Below, piece after piece: positions 57,601 through 64,000 of a DNA stretch of 64,000 nucleotides. Numbering within the stretch: position 1 is the first letter of the stretch; every line of letters starts with the position of its first letter. This stretch comes from Blastocystis sp. Blastoise (lineage: Eukaryota; Protista; Bigyra: Opalinata), in NCBI GenBank assembly GCA_039096225.1, contig JBBPEB010000025.1, positions 1 through 64,000 of the forward strand. The letters run 5' to 3'. The position numbers and the translations under genes were made by a program. The notes beneath the pieces were generated by a model, which worked only from the letters and a program-made list of their open reading frames with translations, did no database searches and was not told the origin of the DNA.

Positions 57601-60444
57601 ATCTTTTGTAGAATAACCACTTGAAGCAGTTATAGTATAAGTAAATGATCCAGTAATGGTAGGAGAACCAGATAAAACACCTGTAGTAGTATCAAAAGAG
57701 AAACCTTGAGGTTCAGGAGTTATAGACCAAGAAGATACACGATCTGTTTGAAGAGGAGATATATCTACAATACCATTATCAATAGTATATGTTTCAAATT
57801 GATAATGAACATTAGAGATATCATAAGAAAGAGAATAAGAAGTATCAATTGAAGAAAATTCAAAAGATGTACCATCAACAGTAGAAGTAAAAGAAGTGAA
57901 AGTGTATGTACTAGGAATACTAGTAGTACCAGAAGTTAATTTAAAACGCATTGAATTTGCATTATTACCACCATTTCCAAGATTGTATACTGTAGAATCC
58001 TTAATAACAGGTTTAGCAACAGATTTAGCAGTATAATAATTAGTACTATAAATAGGACGAATAGCATGAAGAACAACAGTATCAAAGAAAGAGAATCTAG
58101 AAACAGAGCCGAAAGTACCAAGAGCAATTAATTGTTCATAAGTAATTTTAAGGGAAACATCAGTTCTACCTCCAAGAAGATTAAGATCAATAGTCTTTAT
58201 ACCTGAATCAGTATGTAAATACATAAGAAGAGAAGAAGGAATAAGACCTTTGAAATCAACAAAGAAATAATCTCCAGAAACAAGTTTATCTATAGGATAA
58301 GTTAACCAAGTATTAGCAGCTAAGTTCTGAGCAATAAGAAGAGAAGGAATAGTATATTTACCAGAAGGAATAGAAGCAGGAGTAATATCAACAGTAGAAG
58401 CGCTTGTAACTTCAAAGGCAAGACGTGAAGTAGCTCTCCAAATAGGTCTATCAATATAAATATGATTTAAGTTTACATTATCAGAAACACGAATATCTGT
58501 AATTGTACCAATATATAAACCTTGAGGTTTATTGTCACTTAAACCTAAAGCTAAACCATTAGTACCTGATCCGGTACAAAACAAAACAAAATCAGCTTGT
58601 ACATCATCATAAGTATAAGTAGCCTTTTGATTAGCATTTGTGACACCACCATATTGATCCATTAAAGCTATTTTTTCTGTTCCAGCAATAACATTTGTAC
58701 CAGTTGTACCAGTTACAATATGTAGCCAGAAATCCATAGGATTATCAGAAGATGTTACTAAACTGTATGAGACTCCATCAATAGTAACAGCAGCATCACT
58801 ACTACCATATTTATATTGTAAATTACCATTTAATACTTTTTGAATGACACTACCTCCATTAACATCTCTTATAGGTGTACCTGAAGTAATAGTACAAGTG
58901 AATTTACCATATCCTTCATTACCAAAACCAACAGTAAAAGAAGAAATAGCATTACCAGGGAAAGAATTGACACCATAAATACCAATAAGAGGTGATTCAT
59001 TATTATTAAAATAAATACGAGGAACACCAAAAGTCTCAGTAGGAATGAAAGAAATAAGGAAAGTATCATAAGTAATATAAGAGCAAATAAGTGTAGCATC
59101 ATCTTGATTAATAGTACATCCACTTAAAGTAGGAGAGAAATAGAAATCAGTAAGAGAAGGTACAGGAAGATGAATAGGAGTAAAAGGAGTAGAAGGAATA
59201 TAAGTAATTTCAATATCAATATAAGGAATAGAATCAATAGTTTGACGTTCTTCAGTAAGCATAGAAGAAGTAATAGGTGTATTGACATTATGTATATTAA
59301 TAACTTTAATATATAAAGTACCAAGATCACATTCTTTAGCATACCAAGTAGTACCATAAGGAATAGAACTATCAATCCAAGAATTCATATCATCAATATG
59401 AGCATTAAGTAAAATAGATTCATTATCATTATATCCTTCTTTATTAATAATACCAGAGACTATACGTAAACCTTGATTACCAACACCACCAACAATAGAT
59501 TTATCAAGATTATATCTATATTCTAAAAGAATAGAAGCTTCAGAAATAGAAGAATCTAAATTAGAATACATAGTTGTTTGACTAATAGGAATATTTAAAG
59601 AAAGAACATGATTTTTAAAGAGGATTGAATCAATAGAATCCTCTTCATTTTGAGTAGATTGAGATTCACCAAGGAATGTTCTAGAATAAGGATGATCCCA
59701 AGCAAGTATACGATATTTTTGACTACTACCATTTTCAACAGTTTTAATCCAATGGGAGGATAAAGTCTTTTCTGAAATAATATTTACATATTGAGAAACA
59801 GTAGGAATAGAGAGCCATCCATTAGTAGAAGAACCCATCAAAGTAGCATAATCATCTTGAGAAGATGTTTGAGTGAATTCAAAAGTATTTGTAGTAGAAG
59901 TAGATTTACTAGCATTACCTAAACCAAGAGTCTTTGAAATATGATACAAGAGAAGAGATTCTTGCGAATTCTTCTCAGAAAGAGTTGAGGGTATTGATAT
60001 ATAAGGGAAAATAATAGGTTGAGAGGTATAACCAGTAAAAGTGGATAAAGATCCAAGGGAAGAATAAGCAACACGATTACCACCAGAAGAAGTTAATATA
60101 ATCTTAATATTATAATCTCCAGTTGTTTCACTTGTAATTTGATTCATAAAATCAGTATCTGTAGATTCATAACAAGTAGAATCACAAGTAATACAATCAG
60201 AAACAAAAATATTTTCTGAAGGAAGAGTTATCGAATTACCTAAAAGAAGCTTAAAATAATTAAGTATAGATTCAGTATAAGTCTGAATAGTTTCTGTTGT
60301 CGAGCAAATAGAAGAGTCACTCAAATCATTAACACGGAAGAATGCAACTTTTAAAGCTGTGTTTTGAAGAGGAACCTCTGCATGTACGCCCATCAGAAAG
60401 GAAGCGAAAAAGACCACACACAATAGCAAAAATGAAGAATTCAT
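36660..60444 (-). CDS. Giant secreted/surface multidomain protein, about 7,869 aa, 3 coding exons
   Basis: Exons 60444-37746, 37659-37481 and 37391-36660 (introns 86 and 89 nt, frame preserved). N-terminal signal peptide. Motif-level recognition of putative-Ig (LPSGL.F...G.ISG.P) repeats, Cys repeats (C..W..T..C..G..R.C..W..C), 4 LamG/ConA-like, 2 PA14-like, FAMeT-like, WSC and discoidin/F5-8-like domains. Ends in KRRLRSL. Confidence 0.92.
39359..42937. repeat. Near-perfect 1.58-kb direct duplication (39359-40936 and 41360-42937; period 2001 bp = 667 codons) inside the giant gene
   Basis: Identical translated text in both copies. Identical shadow ORFs at 39870 and 41871, offset 2001. Confidence 0.95.
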
Positions 60445-62747
60445 CTATAGAGATTTGTCATAAATTTGAAATATATTAAAAAACATAGAATATTAAATGA
60501 AGAAAATAATATATACTTTAAGAATAAAGTCTGTGTACTTCGTTATATTAAAGAAAACGTTAAAGAAAATGTGAAAGATATAAGTTTTCAAAATTTCATT
60601 ATTGCGGATGAATGTTAATGAAAACCACAGAAGTCATTGTATATCTTAACGTATTATATTCATAACCAAATAGTATTGTCGACTGTATTCGGCTTAGGGC
60701 AAGAAACACAATAAGATTTTATGGAATCTCTTGAATCGCCAAAAAGACCTTTAAAAACGCCGAGATTAATCCCTAGAGAATGTTCTTAGGGAAACCTGTT
60801 AAAGATCTTGTATTTAACCACGGGGAAAACAGTTCTTATTTACGATCTTTTAAAAGTCAAATAAAATGCATAAAAAACAACGAATGGGGTTTTAATCCTT
60901 ATGACTATTACTTCATTTTTTCCAGTTACGCTTACATAACATAATGTTTCATTGTTTTTTGTTTATTCAAATGTATGTATACTACGGAAAAAGCAAGACA
61001 ATTTATAATTGGTTAAGAATGACAAATTTTAATCATTTTCATTCTTTTATTAATCAATTAATACTCTAGCAGACGATAAAGAGTTTGTGAAGAAACTAAT
61101 TTCATTAAATAAAAACAAAATGAATAAATCTACGTAAATCACACGAATAATAACATTTTATTTTTAAAAAAATGTACCAAATAACTCTTGATTTCATTAT
61201 CAGTAATTTCAACACATAATATTCAATGGATTCTCTTATATGTGTTATCTGATTGAGAATAGTTGTCATAAGTCAATGTTTCTTCATTCTTTCATACATC
61301 TAGAGTTGTTTTAAAACTTGTAAAGTTATTGTTGTCCAGAAGTATTATCAAATAGTTTTATTTATAAAAATTGACTTATCAGTAGCAACTCTTTCTGCCT
61401 TTTGAATTCATACACAGCAACTCTTTCGTAATATAATTAATATTGAAGTAGCATAATCTGAAGTTTCTTTAATTCATTTGTTTCTATTCTATTTAATAAT
61501 AGGTATTTGATCAACATTTTTTTCTAAAAATATTTGTAACGTTCATACATGTATTTTATTATGTTAACCAGCCATTTCCAAACATTTTCATGAATCAAAT
61601 TATCTACAAAGATGTTTATTTAATTCTAAATAAGTTATTTATTTATCAAGCATGTTAAGATAGCATAGTTTGTACAAAAACTGACAATATTTTTAAATCT
61701 TTTAAAAACAAAAACAAAAATGTATTTTTAAGAAAGGTTTCTAGTTTATCTATTATATCACCAACAGTATTGACATTTAAAAAAACAAACTAAATGAAGA
61801 TAATTGGAACTTTTAAGTATAACACTTCCAGTGTCTTCCCTGTCACTGGAAAAAATTGCCACGTGGCAATTGTCACAAATTTTTCTGACAAAAAAGTGAC
61901 GATTGCTCATAACTTTTTTGTTTTTCATTTTAAAAATCTAAAAAAAATATTTTCGAACTCAGCTCATCAAGACACGTCGATTTACACACTTTTCATGAAA
62001 AAAGGACCGGGTGACATAAAAAAGACAATTCATTCATTGACTATTATATTATGACATGACAGTTTTTGACAAAAAACACATTATTCTAGTATATAATGTA
62101 TGACCATTTGAAAATAAGTCAAATAAAACGTTTTTTGTGACACATGTTGTGACAGATACATGACTGAAAAGGTTATAACTCATTAAATAACAACAAGTAT
62201 AAGTTTAATATGTGACTATTTGTGTTAAGTTGGGTGACAAATAAAAATTATTTTGTGACAATAGTCAATTGTTATATATTTTTGTTGTATATTATTTCAA
62301 ATAGTTTTATATAATGTTTATAATGTAAAATAAAGTCAATAAATGTAAAAAAATATATATATATATAATAATGTAATTAAAAAGTTTTTTTTTTATAAAA
62401 TATCATGAAGCAGTCTTGTAGGGACTCTACAGATACACCCTGACTAGTAAAAATAAATAAATAAACAAAAAACATATTAAAATAGTTTTTTCAAAAACCA
62501 AACAAAAAACAACAATATAAACAAAAGTCGGATTTGAAAAACAATACTTCCAACAAAATGATTTTTAATAGTCTTATTAAATGATTTTAAAATATATTTT
62601 ATATGAAGAATAAGTCACACAACACATTTATAATATTTATATTATAAAATATATTGTTTTTATGTTAAAAAAGAGAAAAATAAGAAAACGATTAGTAGTC
62701 ACTTGTTTTATAATTATTATATCACTAAATGGTAAATTAAATAAAGA

Positions 62748-62818
62748 GGTTGTTTGGTCAAGTGGTTAGTGCTAATAAAATTTTTACTTGGTCGACGGAT
62801 CGATTCTAACAAGGAACT
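62748..62818 (+). pseudogene. Degenerate tRNA-like sequence
   Basis: A-box-like TGGTCAAGTGG, B-box-like GGATCGATTC, tRNA length and a following T-run. Stems pair poorly. Confidence 0.4.
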
Positions 62819-63104
62819 ATTTTTTTTTAAATTTTTTAGAACTGCTAATTTACTAATGATTCAATAAAAAAACAGCTTTGTTTCATTTTTTATAGTTTAC
62901 AAACATTATCTGCATCATTGATATGTGTTTTTGGTTTAGAATCAACACATTAGTAGATAATTTCTTTTCAAAAATTAGTAAATTATGTTTATAAGAGATT
63001 CTTAGAATGCCTAAAATGCTACAAATATAATAAAAGATGATAAATATAATATTTGAAGATTTTAAATAAATTCAAACTTATTATATAGAATAGTTAATAT
63101 TCAA

Positions 63105-63186
63105 AGATTGAGTAACATGTTAGTATTGTTGACCAGCGCTGTAAACGTAAAGTTGGATATCCACGGTTCGAGTCTCATCCAAGGCA
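63105..63186 (+). pseudogene. Degenerate tRNA-like sequence (CTGTAAA loop, Tyr-like)
   Basis: B-box GGTTCGAGTC, anticodon-loop-like CTGTAAA and a T-run terminator. The acceptor stem does not pair. Confidence 0.4.
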
Positions 63187-63630
63187 TTTTTATTCTTTTA
63201 GTCATTTTTGTGGATTTTAATTTTTTCATTTCTTTCGTTTTATATTTGACTTTCTGGACATAAAACTATGTTAAACATATGACCCAATATGTATTCATTT
63301 AATTATTAAAATAAGGGACGATTTTAAAATTTTGAAGTTAATTGCCATTCATCGCTCATCCATTACCTTCAAAAAAATGAAAGTATCACCAATCGATAGA
63401 GCGCATGTTTGACACCCCAGCTGGACAAATGAGACCTATTAAAGAGGAATTAAGCAGTTCAAACGCCGTTTTAAAACAAAAAACGGTCATTGAAATAAGA
63501 TTGTTTAATTTTTTTAATAGTTTTTTTTACACTTTTATTTTTTCAGTAAAAATATTAATATAACCGTGAAATTTTTTTAACAAATTAATAATAATTTATA
63601 TATATATATTTATTTCTCAATTAAAAAAAA

Positions 63631-64000
63631 ATGATATCAGCGTCATTTATTATATTTTCATTACCAATATATGTTAGGTTATATATTGGTCAAACTAAAG
63701 AGGAATATTATGAAGATATGAATGGTAAGTATTCAATAGATGATCTTATTCCTCATTTTAAGGTATATATAATACTTCTTAGTTATTATTATATAGAATG
63801 GACGAGCAATGAAATGTAAAGAATATAAACATTTCATTGATTCTTTAAAAAAGTCAAATTTCAATATTCCATATGTCATAGAAGGTATACAAAGATATTC
63901 TTTTTTTTCATTATATAGAAATTGAAAACCAACAAAAATCGTTTGTCAAAGAAAAGGAAAAGTATTTCGTGTTGTCGTGTACAGGTATATTAATTCATTA
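63631..64000 (+). CDS. Multi-exon gene fragment of unknown function, runs off the window
   Basis: Exon-like blocks LYIGQTKEEYYED..IPHFK|NGRAMKCKEYKHFIDSLKKSNFNIPYVIE| separated by GTAT..TAG introns. Start uncertain. Confidence 0.45.

Larger units (their letters stand above)
61844..64000. mobile_element. Probable left end of a third CACTG-type element extending beyond the window
   Basis: CACTGGAAAAAATTGCC at 61844 is immediately followed by about 500 bp dense in TGAC/GTCA motifs, as at 6778. The other end and the TSD are not visible. Confidence 0.5.

Noticed and set aside
38017-59375. Many short Leu/Ile/Met-rich ORFs overlapping the giant gene
   Set aside because: Shadow frames of biased codon usage.
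35851-61833. CACTA element enclosing the giant gene (CACTAGGAA at 35851 ... TTCCAGTG at 61833)
   Set aside because: The ends are not matching inverted repeats and the flanks (CAT vs TCT) give no TSD.
63676-63700. GIY-YIG nuclease suggested by LYIGQT
   Set aside because: No upstream GIY motif or downstream conserved Arg/Glu could be identified. The match is too short to support.

Overview
Very AT-rich eukaryotic DNA with short GT-AG introns and the standard genetic code. Gene style and families resemble a Blastocystis-like stramenopile (inference). The left half is two nested, large CACTA/CMC-superfamily DNA transposons, both delimited by TIRs and 3-bp TSDs. The outer element (5391-34242, TIR CACTAGTAGGCA, TSD AAT) splits the first coding exon of a TLDc-domain gene, and the two halves rejoin in frame when it is removed. 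The inner element (6778-20893, TIR CACTGGTAGGCA, TSD TAA, opposite orientation) sits in an intron of the outer element's accessory gene. Both share one layout: TIR, an unrecognised accessory gene, a divergently transcribed DDE transposase, about 7-8 kb of decayed host-like cargo, a TGAC/GTCA-rich subterminal block, and a TIR. The right half holds one giant gene (about 7,870 aa after splicing) for a secreted multidomain Ig/lectin/Cys-repeat protein with a degenerate metalloprotease-like head and a 1.58-kb near-perfect internal duplication. A probable third CACTG element starts at 61844 and contains two tRNA-like relics.
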